DNA of 64,000 nucleotides from Eledone cirrhosa. Taxonomy: Eukaryota. Below the pieces are notes generated by a model, which saw only the letters and a list, made by a program, of their open reading frames with translations, had not been told where the DNA came from and did no database searches. Both the position numbers and the translations under genes were made by a program. The stretch spans positions 59,272,001-59,336,000 of the forward strand of contig OZ024745.1 of NCBI GenBank assembly GCA_964016885.1, written 5' to 3'. This document shows positions 39,901 through 54,900 of the stretch, piece after piece (positions within the stretch are counted from its first letter, which is position 1; the number at the start of each line of letters is the position of its first letter).

Positions 39901-42900
39901 TCATATATGACTCTGAGTGAAAACCTCGACTTGGAGTGAGAACCTCGACTTGGAGTAAAAACCTCGACTTGGAGTGAAAACCTCGACTTGGAGTGAGAAC
40001 CTCGACTTGGAGTGAAAACCTCGACTTGGAGTGAAAACCTCGACTTGGAGTGAGAACCTCGACTTGGCGTGTAATGTACAACTTGGAGTGTAATGTACAA
40101 CTTGGAGTGTAATGTAGGACTTAGAGTGTAATGTAGGACTTAGAGTGTAATGTAGGACTTAGAGAGTAATGTAGGACTTAGAGTGTAATGTAGGACTTAG
40201 AGTGTAATGTAGGACTAGGAGCATAATGTACGACTTGGAGTGTAATGTAGGACTTGGAGTGTAATGTAGGACTTGGAGTGTAAAGTAGGACTTGGAGTGT
40301 AAACTGCGAGTTGGATTATAAATTGCGACTTGGATTGTAAACCTTGACTTGCAGTGTATTGAACAACTTGGGGTGTATACTGCGGCTTGGAGTGTAAACT
40401 GCGGCTCCGAATATAAACTACGACTTGCAGTGTCATATATGACTCTGAGTGAAAACCTCGACTTGGAGTGAGAACCTCGACTTGGAGTGTAAACTGCGAC
40501 TTGGAGTGTAAACTGCGACTTGGAGTGTAAACTGCGACTTGGAGTGTAAACCTCGACTTGGAGTGTAAACCTCGACTTGGAGTGTAAACCTCGACTTGGA
40601 GTGTAAACTGCGACTTGGAGTGTAAACTGCGACTTGGAGTGTAAACTGCGACTTGGAGTGTAATGTACAACTTGGAGTGTAATGTACAACTTGGAGTGTA
40701 ATGTACAACTTGGAGCATAATGTAGGACTTAGAGTGTAATGTAGGACTTAGAGTGTAATGTAGGACTTAGAGTGTAATGTAGGACTTAGAGTGTAATGTA
40801 GGACTAGGAGCATAATGTAGGACTAGGAGCATAATGTACGACTTGGAGTGCAATGTAGGTCTTGGAGTGTAATGTAGGACTTGGAGTGTAATGTAGGACT
40901 TGGAGTGTAATGTACGACTTGGAGTGTAATGTAGGACTTGGAGTGTAATGTAGGACTTGGAGTGTAAACTGCGAGTTGGAATATAAATTGCGACTTGGAT
41001 TGTAAACCTTGACTTGCAGTGTATTGAACAACTTGGGGTGTATACTGCGGCTTGGAGTGTAAACTGCGGCTCCGAATATAAACTACGACTTGCAGTGTCA
41101 TATATGACTCTGAGTGAAAACCTCGACTTGGAGTGAAAACCTCGACTTGGAGTGAGAACCTCGACTTGGAGTGAGAACCTCGACTTGGAGTGAGAACCTC
41201 GACTTGGAGTGAGAACCTCGACTTGGAGTGAAAACCTCGACTTGGAGTGAGAACCTCGACTTGGAGTGAAAACCTCGACTTGGAGTGAAAATCTCGACTT
41301 GGAGTGAAAACCTCGACTTGGAGTGAGAACCTCGACTTGGTGTGTAATGTACAACTTGGAGTGTAATGTACAACTTGGAGTGTAATGTACAACTTGGAGC
41401 ATAATGTACGACTTAGAGTGTAATGTAGGACTTAGAGTGTAATGTAGGACTTAGAGTATAATGTAGGACTTACAGTGTAATGTAGGACTAGGAGCATAAT
41501 GTACGACTTGGAGTGTAATGTAGGACTTGGAGTGTAATGTAGGACTTGGAGTGTAATGTAGGACTTGGAGTGTAAACTGCTAGTTGGATTATAAATTGCG
41601 ACTTGGATTGTAAACCTTGACTTGCAGTGTATTGAACAACTTGGGGTGTATACTGCGGCTTGGAGTGTAAACTGCGGCTCCGAATATAAACTACGACTTG
41701 CAGTGTCATATATGACTCTGAGTGAAAACCTCGACTTGGAGTGAAAACCTCGACTTGGAGTGAGAACCTCGACTTGGAGTGAGAACCTCGACTTGGAGTG
41801 AGAACCTCGACTTAGAGTGAGAACCTCGACTTGGAGTGAAAACCTCGACTTGGAGTGAAAACCTCGACTTTGAGTGTAAACCGCGACTTGGAGTGAAAAC
41901 CTCGACTTGGAGTGAGAACCTCGACTTGGAGTGGAAACCTCGACTTGGAGTGAAAACCTCGACTTGGAGTGAGAACCTCGACTTGGAGTGAAAACCTCGA
42001 CTTGGAGTGAAAATCTCGACTTGGAGTGAAAACCTCGACTTGGAGTGAGAACCTCGACTTGGTGTGTAATGTACAACTTGGAGTGTAATGTACAACTTGG
42101 AGTGTAATGTACAACTTGGAGCATAATGTACGACTTAGAGTGTAATGTAGGACTTAGAGTGTAATGTAGGACTTAGAGTGTAATGTAGGACTTAGAGTGT
42201 AATGTAGGACTTGGAGTGTAATGTAGGACTTGGAGTGTAATGTAGGACTTGGAGTGTAATGTAGGACTTAGAGTGTAATGTAGGACTTAGAGTGTAATGT
42301 AGGACTAGGAGCATAATGTACGACTTGGAGTGTAATGTAGGACTTGGAGTGTAATGTAGGACTTGGAGTGTAATGTAGGACTTGGAGTGTAATGTAGGAC
42401 TTGGAGTGTAAACTGCTAGTTGGATTATAAATTGCGACTTGGATTGTAAACCTTGACTTGCAGTGTATTGAACAACTTGGGGTGTATACTGCGGTTTGGA
42501 GTGTAATCTGCGGCTCCGAATATAAACTACGACTTGCAGTGTCATATATGACTCTGAGTGAAAACCTCGACTTGGAGTGAGAACCTCGACTTGGAGTGTA
42601 AACTGCGACTTGGAGTGTAAACTGCGACTTGCAGTGTATTGAACAACTTGGGGTGTATACTGCGGCTTGGAGTGTAAACTGCGGCTCCGAATATAAACTA
42701 CGACTTGCAGTGTCATATATGACTCTGAGTGAAAACCTCGACTTGGAGTGAGAACCTCGACTTGGAGTGTAAACTGCGACTTGGAGTGTAAACTGCGACT
42801 TGGAGTGTAAACTGCGACTAGGAGTGTAAACTGCGACTTGGAGTGTAATGTACAACTTGGAGTGTAATGTACAACTTGGAGTGTAATGTACAACTGCGAC

Positions 42901-45900
42901 TTGGAGTGTAAACCTCGACTTGGAGTGTAAACCTCGACTTGGAGTGAAAACCTCGACTTGGAGTGAGAACCTCGACTTGGAGTGAAAACGTCGATTTGGA
43001 GTGAAAACCTCGATTTGGAGTGAGAACCTCGATTTGGAGTGAGAACCTCGACTTGGAGTGAGAACCTCGATTTGGAGTGAGAACCTCGACTTGGAGTGAG
43101 AACCTCGATTTGGAGTGAGAACCTCGACTTGGAGTGAGAACCTCGACCTGGAGTGAGAACCTCGACTTGGAGTGAGAACCTCGACTTGGAGTGAGAACCT
43201 CGATTTGGAGTGAGAACCTCGACTTGGAGTGAAAACCTCGGCTTGGAGTGAAAACCTCGACTAGGAGTGAGAACCTCGACTTGGAGTGAAAACCTCGACT
43301 TGGAGTGAAAACCTCGACTTGGAGTGAAAACCTCGACTTGGAGTGAAAACCTCGACTGGGAGTGAAAACCTCGACTGGGAGTGAAAACCTCGACTTGGAG
43401 TGAAAACCTCGACTTGGAGTGAAAACCTCGACTTGGAGTGAGAACCTCGACTTGGAGTGAAAACCTCGACTTGGAGTGAGAACCTCGACTTGGAGTGAAA
43501 ACCTCGACTTGGAGTGAAAACCTCGACTTGGAGTGAAAACCTCGACTTGGAGTGAAAACCTCGACTTGGAGTGAGAACCTCGACTTGGAGTGAGAACCTC
43601 GACTTGGAGTGAGAACCTCGATTTGGAGTGAAAACCTCGACTTGGAGTGAAAACCTCGACTTGGAGTGAAAACCTCGACTTGGAGTGAGAACCTCGACTT
43701 GGAGTGAGAACCTCGACTTGGAGTGAAAACCTCGACTTGGAGTGAAAACCTCGACTTGGAGTGAAAACCTCGACTTGGAGTGAAAACCTCGACTTGGAGT
43801 GAAAACCTCGACTTGGAGTGAAAACCTCGACTTGGAGTGAAAACCTCGACTTGGAGTGAAAACCTCGACTTGGAGTGTAAACTGCGACTCTGAGTGAAAA
43901 CCTCGACTTGGAGTGAGAACATCGACTTGGAGTGAAAACCTCGACTTGGAGTGAGAACCTCGACTTGGAGTGAAAACCTCGACTTGGAGTGAGAACCTCG
44001 ACATGGAGTGAAAACCTCGACTTGGAGTGAAAACCTCGACTTGGAGTGAGAACCTCGACTTGGAGTGAGAACCTCGACTTGGAGTGAGAACCTCGACTTG
44101 GAGTGAGAACCTCGACTTGGAGTGAGAACCTCGACTTGGAGTGAGAACCTCGACTTGGAGTGAGAACCTCGACTTGGAGTGAAAACCTCGACTTGGAGTG
44201 AAAACCTCGACTTGGAGTGAGAACCTCGACTTGGAGTGAGAACCTCGACTTGGAGTGAGAACCTCGACTTGGAGTGAGAACCTCGACTTGGAGTGAGAAC
44301 CTCGAGTTGGAGTGAGAACCTCGAGTTGGAGTGAAAACCTCGACTTGGAGTGAAAACCTCGACTTGGAGTGAAAACCTCGACTTGGAGTGAAAACCTCGA
44401 CTTGGAGTAAAAGCCTCGACTTGGAGTGAAAACCTCGACTTGGAGTGAAAACCTCGACTTGGAGTGAGAACCTCGACTTGGAGTGAAAACCTCGACTTGG
44501 AGTGAAAACCTCGACTTGGAGTGAAAACCTCGACTTGGAGTGAAAACCTCGACTTGGAGTGAAAACCTCGACATGGAGTGGAGACCTCGACTTGGAGTGA
44601 AAACCTCGACTTGGAGTGAAAACCTCGACTTGGAGTGAAAACCTCGACTTGGAGTGAAAACCTCGACTTGGAGTGAAAACCTCGACTTGGAGTGAGAACC
44701 TCGACTTGTAGTGAGAACCTCGACTTGGAGTGAGAACCTCGACTTGGAGTGAAAACCTCGACTTGGAGTGAGAACCTCGACTTGGAGTGAGAACCTCGAC
44801 TTGGAGTGAGAACCTCGACTTGGAGTGAGAACCTCGACTTGGAGTGAGAACCTCGACTTGCAGTGAGAACCTCGACTTGGAGTGAAAACCTCGACTTGGA
44901 GTGAGAACCTCGACTTGGAGTGAAAACCTCGACTTGGAGTGAGAACCTCGACTTGGAGTGAAAACCTCGACTTGGAGTGAGAACCTCGACTTGGAGTTAA
45001 AACCTCGACTTGGAGTGAAAACCTCGACTTGGAGTGAAAACCTCGACTTGGAGTGAAAACCTCGACTTGGAGTGAAAACCTCGACTTGGAGTGAAAACGT
45101 CGACTTGGAGTGAGAACGTCGACTTGGAGTGAGAACCTCGACTTGGAGTGAAAACCTCGACTTGGAGTGAGAACCTCGACTTGGAGTGAAAACCTCGACT
45201 TGGAGTGAGAACCTCGACTTGGAGTGAGAACCTCGACTTGGAGTGAAAACCTCGACTTGGAGTGAGAACCTCGACTTGGAGTGAAAACCTCGACTTGGAG
45301 TGAAAACCTCGACTTGGAGTGAAAACCTCGACTTGGAGTGAGAACCTCGACTTGGAGTGAAAACCTCGACTTGGAGTGAAAACCTCGACTTGGAGTGAGA
45401 ACCTCGACTTGGAGTGGGAACCTCGACTTGGAGTGTAAACCTCGACTTGGAGTGTAAACCTCGACTTGGAGTGTAAACCTCGACTTGGAGTGTAAACTGC
45501 GACTTGGAGTGTAAACTGCGACTTGGAGTGTAAACTGCGACTTGGAGTGTAAACCTCGACTTGGAGTATAAACCTCGACTTGGAGTGTAAACCTCGACTT
45601 GGAGTGTAAACTGCGGCTCCGAATATAAACTACGACTTGCAGTGTCATATATGACTCTGAGTGAAAACCTCGACTTGGAGTGAGAACCTCGACTTGGAGT
45701 GTAAACTGCGACTTGGAGTGTAAACTCCGACTTGGAGTGTAAACTGCGACTTGGAGTGTAAACTGCGACTTGGAGTGTAAACTGCGACTTGGAGTGTAAA
45801 CTGCGACTTGGAGTGTAAACCTCGACTTGGAGTGTAAACCTCGACTTGGAGTGTAAACCTCGACTTGGAGTGTAAACTTCGACTTGGAGTGTAAACTGCG

Positions 45901-48900
45901 ACTTGGAGTGTAACGTACAACTTGGAGTGTAATGTACAACTTGGAGTGTAATGTACAACTTGGAGCATAATGTACGACTTAGAGTGTAATGTAGGACTTA
46001 GAGTGTAATGTAGGACTTAGAGTGTAATGTAGGACTTAGAGTGTAATGTAGGACTTAGAGTGTAATGTAGGACTAGGAGCATAATGTAGGACTAGGAGCA
46101 TAATGTAGGACTTGGAGTGTAATGTAGGACTTGGAGTGTAATGTAGGACTTGGAGTGTAAACTGCGAGTTGGAATATAAATTGCGACTTGGATTGTAAAA
46201 CTTGACTTGCAGTGAATTGAACAACTTGGGGTGTATACTGCGGCTTGGAGTGTAAACTGCGGCTCCGAATATAAACTACGACTTGCAGTGTCATATATGA
46301 CTCTGAGTGAAAACCTCGACTTGGAGTGAGAACCTCGACTTGGAGTGAAAACATCGACTTGGAGTGAAAACCTCGACTTGGAGTGAGAACCTCGACTTGG
46401 AGTGAAAACCTCGACTTGGAGTGAAAACCTCGACTTGGAGTGAAAACCTCGACTTGGAGTGAGAACCTCGACATGGAGTGAAAACCTCGACTTGGAGTGA
46501 GAACCTCGACTTGGAGTGAAAACCTCGACTTGGAGTGAGAACCTCGACTTGGAGTGAGAACCTCGACTTGGAGTGAAAACCTCGACTTGGAGTGAGAACC
46601 TCGACTTGGAGTGAGAACCTCGACTTGGAGTGAAAACCTCGACTTGGAGTGAAAACCTCGACTTGGAGTGAAAACCTCGACTTGGAGTGAGAACCTCGAC
46701 TTGGAGTGAGAACCTCGACTTGGAGTGAGAACCTCGATTTGGAGTGAGAACCTCGACTTGGAGTGAGAACCTCGACTTGGAGTGAGAACCTCGACTTGGA
46801 GTGAGAACCTCGACTTGGAGTGAGAACCTCGACTTGGAGTGAAAACCTCGACTTGGAGTGAGAACCTCGACTTGGAGTGAAAACCCCGACTTGGAGTGAG
46901 AACCTCGACTTGGAGTGAAAACCTCGACTTGGAGTGAGAACCTCGACTTGGAGTGAAAACCTCGACTTGGAGTGAGAACCTCGACTTGGAGTGAAAACCT
47001 CGACTTGGAGTGAGAACCTCGACTTGGAGTGAGAACCTCGACTTGGAGTGAAAACCTCGACTTGGAGTGAGAACCTCGACTTGGAGTGAAAACCTCGACT
47101 TGGAGTGAGAACCTCGACTTGGAGTGAAAACCTCGACTTGGAGTGAGAACCTCGACTTGGAGTGAGAACCTCGACTTGGAGTGAAAACCTCGACTTGGAG
47201 TGAAAACCTCGACTTGGAGTGAAAACCTCGACTTGGAGTGAAAACCTCGACTTGGAGTGAAAACCTCGGCTTGGAGTGAGAACCTCGACTTGGAGTGTAA
47301 ACCTCGACTTGGAGTGTAAACCTCGACTTGGAGTGTAAACCTCGACTTGGAGTGTAAACCTCGACTTGGAGTGTAAACCTCGACTTGGAGTGTAAACTTC
47401 GACTTGGAGTGTAAACTGCGACTTGGAGTGTAACGTACAACTTGGAGTGTAATGTACAACTTGGAGTGTAATGTACAACTTGGAGCATAATGTACGACTT
47501 AGAGTGTAATGTAGGACTTAGAGTGTAATGTAGGACTTAGAGTGTAATGTAGGACTTAGAGTGTAATGTAGGACTTAGAGTGTAATGTAGGACTAGGAGC
47601 ATAATGTAGGACTAGGAGCATAATGTAGGACTTGGAGTGTAATGTAGGACTTGGAGTGTAATGTAGGACTTGGAGTGTAAACTGCGAGTTGGAATATAAA
47701 TTGCGACTTGGATTGAAAAACTTGACTTGCAGTGAATTGAACAACTTGGGGTGTATACTGCGGCTTGGAGTGTAAACTGCGGCTCCGAATATAAACTACG
47801 ACTTGCAGTGTCATATATGACTCTGAGTGAAAACCTCGACTTGGAGTGAGAACCTCGACTTGGAGTGAAAACATCGACTTGGAGTGAAAACCTCGACTTG
47901 GAGTGAGAACCTCGACTTGGAGTGAAAACCTCGACTTGGAGTGAAAACCTCGACTTGGAGTGAAAACCTCGACTTGGAGTGAGAACCTCGACATGGAGTG
48001 AAAACCTCGACTTGGAGTGAGAACCTCGACTTGGAGTGAAAACCTCGACTTTGAGTGAAAACCTCGACTTGGAGTGAAAACCTCGACTTGGAGTGAGAAC
48101 CTCGACTTGGAGTGAGAACCTCGACTTGGAGTGAAAACCTCGACTTGGAGTGAGAACCTCGACTTGGAGTGAAAACCTCGACTTGGAGTGAGAACCTCGA
48201 CTTGGAGTGAGAACCTCGACTTGGAGTGAAAACCTCGACTTGGAGTGAAAACCTCGACTTGGAGTGAAAACCTCGACTTGGAGTGAGAACCTCGACTTGG
48301 AGTGAAAACCTCGACTTGGAGTGAGAACCTCGACTTGGAGTGAGAACCTCGACTTGGAGTGAAAACCTCGACTTGGAGTGAAAACCTCGACTTGGAGTGA
48401 AAACCTCGACTTGGAGTGAGAACCTCGACTTGGAGTGAGAACCTCGACTTGGAGTGAGAACCTCGATTTGGAGTGAGAACCTCGACTTGGAGTGAGAACC
48501 TCGACTTGGAGTGAGAACCTCGACTTGGAGTGAGAACCTCGACTTGGAGTGAGAACCTCGACTTGGAGTGAAAACCTCGACTTGGAGTGAGAACCTCGAC
48601 TTGGAGTGAAAACCTCGACTTGGAGTGAGAACCTCGACTTGGAGTGAGAACCTCGACTTGGAGTGAAAACCTCGACTTGGAGTGAGAACCTCGACTTGGA
48701 GTGAAAACCTCGACTTGGAGTGAGAACCTCGACTTGGAGTGAGAACCTCGACTTGGAGTGAAAACCTCGACTTGGAGTGAAAACCTCGACTTGGAGTGAG
48801 AACCTCGACTTGGAGTGAAAACCTCGACTTGGAGTGAGAACCTCGACTTGGAGTGAAAACCTCGACTTGGAGTGAGAACCTCGACTTGGAGTGAAAATCT

Positions 48901-51900
48901 CGACTTGGAGTGAGAACCTCGACTTGGAGTGAGAACCTCGACTTGGAGTGAAAACCTCGACTTGGAGTGAGAACCTCGACTTGGAGTGAAAACCTCGACT
49001 TGGAGTGAGAACCTCGACTTGGAGTGAGAACCTCGACTTGGAGTGAAAACCTCGACTTGGAGTGAAAACCTCGACTTGGAGTGAGAACCTCGACTTGGAG
49101 TGAAAACCTCGACTTGGAGTGAGAACCTCGACTTGGAGTGAAAACCTCGACTTGGAGTGAGAACCTCGACTTGGAGTGGAAACCTCGACTTGGAGTGAGA
49201 ACCTCGACTTGGAGTGAAAACCTCGACTTGGAGTGAGAACCTCGACTTGGAGTGAAAACCTCGACTTGGAGTGAGAACCTCGACTTGGAGTGAGAACCTC
49301 GATTTGGAGTGAGAACCTCGACTTGGAGTGAGAACCTCGACTTGGAGTGAGAACCTCGACTTGGAGTGAGAACCTCGACTTGGAGTGAGAACCTCGACTT
49401 GGAGTGAAAACCTCGACTTGGAGTGAGAACCTCGACTTGGAGTGAGAACCTCGACTTGGAGTGAAAACCTCGACTTGGAGTGAAAACCTCGACTTGGAGT
49501 GAGAACCTCGACTTGGAGTGAAAACCTCGACTTGGAGTGAGAACCTCGACTTGGAGTGAAAACCTCGACTTGGAGTGAGAACCTCGACTTGGAGTGAAAA
49601 CCTCGACTTGGAGTGAAAACCTCGACTTGGAGTGAGAACCTCGACTTGGAGTGAAAACCTCGACTTGGAGTGAGAACCTCGACTTGGAGTGAAAACCTCG
49701 ACTTGGAGTGAGAACCTCGACTTGGAGTGAAAACCTCGACTTGGAGTGAAAACCTCGACTTGGAGTGAAAACCTCGACTTGGATTGAAAACCTCGACTTG
49801 GAGTGAAAACCTCGACTTGGAGTGAAAACCTCGACTTGGAGTGAAAACCTCGGCTTGGAGTGAGAACCTCGACTTGGAGTGTAAACCTCGACTTGGAGTG
49901 TAAACCTCGACTTGGAGTGTAAACCTCGACTTGGAGTGTAAACCTCGACTTGGAGTGTAAACCTCGACTTGGAGTGTAAACCTCGACTTGGAGTGTAAAC
50001 CTCGACTTGGAGTGTAAACTGCAACTTGGAGTGTAAACTGCGAGTTGGAGTGTAATGTACAACTTGGAGTGTAATGTACAACTTGGAGTGTAATGTACAA
50101 CTTTGAGCATAATGTAGGACTTAGAGTGTAATGTAGGACTTAGAGTGTAATGTAGGACTTAGAGTGTAATGTAGGACTTAGAGTGTAATGTAGGACTTAG
50201 AGTGTAATGTAGGACTAGGAGCATAATCTACGACTTGGAGTGTAATGTAGGACTCGGAGTGTAATGTAGGACTTGGAGTGTAATGTAGGACTTGGAGTGT
50301 AATGTAGGACTTGGAGTGTAATGTAGGACTTGGAGTGAGAACCTCGACTTGGAGTGAAAACCTCTACTTGGAGTGTAAACTGCGACTTGGAGTGTAAACT
50401 GCGACTTGGAGTGTAAACTGCGACTTGGAGTGTAAACTGCGACTTGGAGTGTAAACTGCGACTTGGAGTGTAAACTGCGACTTGGAGTGTAAACTGCGAC
50501 TTGGAGTGTAAACCTCGACTTGGAGTGTAAACCTCGACTTGGAGTGTAAACTGCGACTTGGAGTGTAAACTGCGACTTGGAGTGTAAACTGCGACTTGGA
50601 GTGTAATGTACAACTTGGAGTGCAATGTACAACTTGGAGTGTAATGTACAACTTGGAGTGTAATGTACAACTTGGAGTGTAATGTACAACTTGGAGTGTA
50701 ATGTAGGACTTAGAGTGTAATGTAGGACTTAGAGTGTAATGTAGGACTTAGAGTGTAATGTAGGACTTAGAGTGTAATGTAGGACTAGGAGCATAATCTA
50801 CGACTTGGAGTGTAATGTAGGACTCGGAGTGTAATGTAGGACTTGGAGTGTAATGTAGGACTTGGAGTGTAATGTAGGACTTGGAGTGTAATGTAGGACT
50901 TGGAGTGAGAACCTCGACTTGGAGTGAAAACCTCTACTTGGAGTGTAAACTGCGACTTGGAGTGTAAACTGCGACTTGGAGTGTAAACTGCGACTTGGAG
51001 TGTAAACTGCGACTTGGAGTGTAAACTGCGACTTGGAGTGTAAACTGCGACTTGGAGTGTAAACTGCGACTTGGAGTGTAAACTGCGACTTGGAGTGTAA
51101 ACCTCGACTTGGAGTATAAACCTCGACTTGGAGTGTAAACCTCGACTTGGAGTGTAAACTGCGGCTCCGAATATAAACTACGACTTGCAGTGTCATATAT
51201 GACTCTGAGTGAAAACCTCGACTTGGAGTGAGAACCTCGACTTGGAGTGTAAACTGCGACTTGGAGTGTAAACTGCGACTTGGAGTGTAAACTGCGACTT
51301 GGAGTGTAAACTGCGACTTGGAGGGTAAACTGCGACTTGGAGTGTAAACTGCGACTTGGAGTGTAAACCTCGACTTGGAGTGTAAACCTCGACTTGGAGT
51401 GTAAACCTCGACTTGGAGTGTAAACTTCGACTTGGAGTGTAAACTGCGACTTGGAGTGTAACGTACAACTTGGAGTGTAATGTACAACTTGGAGTGTAAT
51501 GTACAACTTGGAGCATAATGTACGACTTAGAGTGTAATGTAGGACTTAGAGTGTAATGTAGGACTTAGAGTGTAATGTAGGACTTAGAGTGTAATGTAGG
51601 ACTTAGAGTGTAATGTAGGACTAGGAGCATAATGTAGGACTAGGAGCATAATGTAGGACTTGGAGTGTAATGTAGGACTTGGAGTGTAATGTAGGACTTG
51701 GAGTGTAAACTGCGAGTTGGAATATAAATTGCGACTTGGATTGTAAAACTTGACTTGCAGTGAATTGAACAACTTGGGGTGTATACTGCGGCTTGGAGTG
51801 TAAACTGCGGCTCCGAATATAAACTACGACTTGCAGTGTCATATATGACTCTGAGTGAAAACCCCGACTTGGAGTGAGAACCTCGACTTGGAGTGAAAAC

Positions 51901-54900
51901 ATCGACTTGGAGTGAAAACCTCGACTTGGAGTGAGAACCTCGACTTGGAGTGAAAACCTCGACTTGGAGTGAAAACCTCGACTTGGAGTGAAAACCTCGA
52001 CTTGGAGTGAGAACCTCGACATGGAGTGAAAACCTCGACTTGGAGTGAGAACCTCGACTTGGAGTGAAAACCTCGACTTTGAGTGAAAACCTCGACTTGG
52101 AGTGAAAACCTCGACTTGGAGTGAGAACCTCGACTTGGAGTGAAAACCTCGACTTGGAGTGAGAACCTCGACTTGGAGTGAAAACCTCGACTTGGAGTGA
52201 GAACCTCGACTTGGAGTGAAAACCTCGACTTGGAGTGAGAACCTCGACTTGGAGTGAGAACCTCGACTTGGAGTGAAAACCTCGACTTGGAGTGAGAACC
52301 TCGACTTGGAGTGAGAACCTCGACTTGGAGTGAGAACCTCGACTTGGAGTGAAAACCTCGACTTGGAGTGAAAACCTCGACTTGGAGTGAAAACCTCGAC
52401 TTGGAGTGTAAACCTCGACTTGGAGTGTAAACCTCGACTTGGAGTGTAAACCTCGACTTGGAGTGAGAACCTCGACTTGGAGTGAAAACCTCGACTTGGA
52501 GTGAGAACCTCGATTTGGAGTGAGAACCTCCACTTGGAGTGAGAACCTCGATTTGGAGTGAGAACCTCGACTTGGAGTGAGAACCTCGACTTGGAGTGAG
52601 AACCTCGATTTGGAGTGAGAACCTCGACTTGGAGTGAGAACCTCGACTTGGAGTGAGAACCTCGATTTGGAGTGAGAACCTCGATTTGGAGTGAGAACCT
52701 CGATTTGGAGTGAGAACCTCGATTTGGAGTGAGAACCTCGATTTGGAGTGAAAACCTCGACTTGGAGTGAAAACCTCGACTTAGAATGAAAACCTCGACT
52801 TGGAGTCAGAACCTCGACTTGGAGTGAAAACCTCGACTTGGAGTGAGAACCTCGACTTGGAGTGAGAACCTCGATTTGGAGTGAGAACCTCCACTTGGAG
52901 TGAGAACCTCGATTTGGAGTGAGAACCTCGACTTGGAGTGAAAACCTCGACCTGGAGTGAAAACCTCGACTTGGAGTGAGAACCTCGATTTGGAGTGAGA
53001 ACCTCCACTTGGAGTGAGAACCTCGATTTGGAGTGAGAACCTCGACTTGGAGTGAGAACCTCGATTTGGAGTGAGAACCTCGACTTGGAGTGAGAACCTC
53101 GACTTGGAGTGAGAACCTCGATTTGGAGTGAGAACCTCGACTTGGAGTGAGAACCTCGACTTGGAGTGTAAACTGCGACTCTGAGTGAAAACCTCGACTT
53201 GGAGTGAGAACATCGACTTGGAGTGAGAACATCGACTTGGAGTGAAAACCTCGACTTGGAGTGAAAACCTCGACTTGGAGTGAGAACCTCGACTTGGAGT
53301 GAAAACCTCGACTTGGAGTGAGAACCTCGACTTGGAGTGAAAACCTCGACTTGGAGTGAGAACCTCGACTTGGAGTGAAAACCTCGACTTGGAGTGAAAA
53401 CCTCGACTTGGAGTGAAAACCTCGACTTGGAGTGAAAACCTCGACTTGGAGTGAAAACCTCGGCTTGGAGTGAGAACCTCGACTTGGAATGTAAACCTCG
53501 ACTTGGAGTGTAAACCTCGACTTGGAGTGTAAACCTCGACTTGGAGTGTAAACCTCGACTTGGAGTGAGAACCTCGACTTGGAGTGAAAACCTCGACTTG
53601 GAGTGAGAACCTCGATTTGGAGTGAGAACCTCCACTTGGAGTGAGAACCTCGATTTGGAGTGAGAACCTCGACTTGGAGTGAGAACCTCGATTTGGAGTG
53701 AGAACCTCGACTTGGAGTGAGAACCTCGACTTGGAGTGAGAACCTCGATTTGGAGTGAGAACCTCGATTTGGAGTGAGAACCTCGATTTGGAGTGAGAAC
53801 CTCGATTTGGAGTGAGAACCTCGATTTGGAGTGAGAACCTCGATTTGGAGTGAAAACCTCGACTTGGAGTGAAAACCTCGACTTAGAATGAAAACCTCGA
53901 CTTGGAGTCAGAACCTCGACTTGGAGTGAAAACCTCGACTTGGAGTGAGAACCTCGACTTGGAGTGAAAACCTCGACCTGGAGTGAGAACCTCGACTTGG
54001 AGTGAAAATCTCGACCTGGAGTGAGAACCTCGACTTGGAGTGAAAATCTCGACTTGGAGTGAAAACCTCGACTTGGAGTGAAAACCTCGACTTGGAGTGA
54101 GAACCTCGACTTGGAGTGAAAACCTCGACTTGGGGTGAGAACCTCGACTTGGAGTGAAAACCTCGACTTGGAGTGAAAACCTCGACTTGGAGTGAGAACC
54201 TCGACTTGGAGTGTAAACTGCGACTCTGAGTGAAAACCTCGACTTGGAGTGAGAACATCGACTTGGAGTGAGAACATCGACTTGGAGTGAAAACCTCGAC
54301 TTGGAGTGAAAACCTCGACTTGGAGTGAGAACCTCGACTTGGAGTGAAAACCTCGACTTGGAGTGAGAACCTCGACTTGGAGTGAAAACCTCGACTTGGA
54401 GTGAGAACCTCGACTTGGAGTGAAAACCTCGACTTGGAGTGAAAACCTCGACTTGGAGTGAAAACCTCGACTTGGAGTGAAAACCTCGACTTGGAGTGAA
54501 AACCTCGACTTGGAGTGAAAACCTCGGCTTGGAGTGAGAACCTCGACTTGGAATGTAAACCTCGACTTGGAGTGTAAACCTCGACTTGGAGTGTAAACCT
54601 CGACTTGGAGTGTAAACCTCGACTTGGAGTGTAAACCTCGACTTGGAGTGAGAACCTCGACTTGGAGTGAAAACCTCGACTTGGAGTGAGAACCTCGATT
54701 TGGAGTGAGAACCTCCACTTGGAGTGAGAACCTCGATTTGGAGTGAGAACCTCGACTTGGAGTGAGAACCTCGATTTGGAGTGAGAACCTCGACTTGGAG
54801 TGAGAACCTCGACTTGGAGTGAGAACCTCGATTTGGAGTGAGAACCTCGATTTGGAGTGAGAACCTCGATTTGGAGTGAGAACCTCGATTTGGAGTGAGA

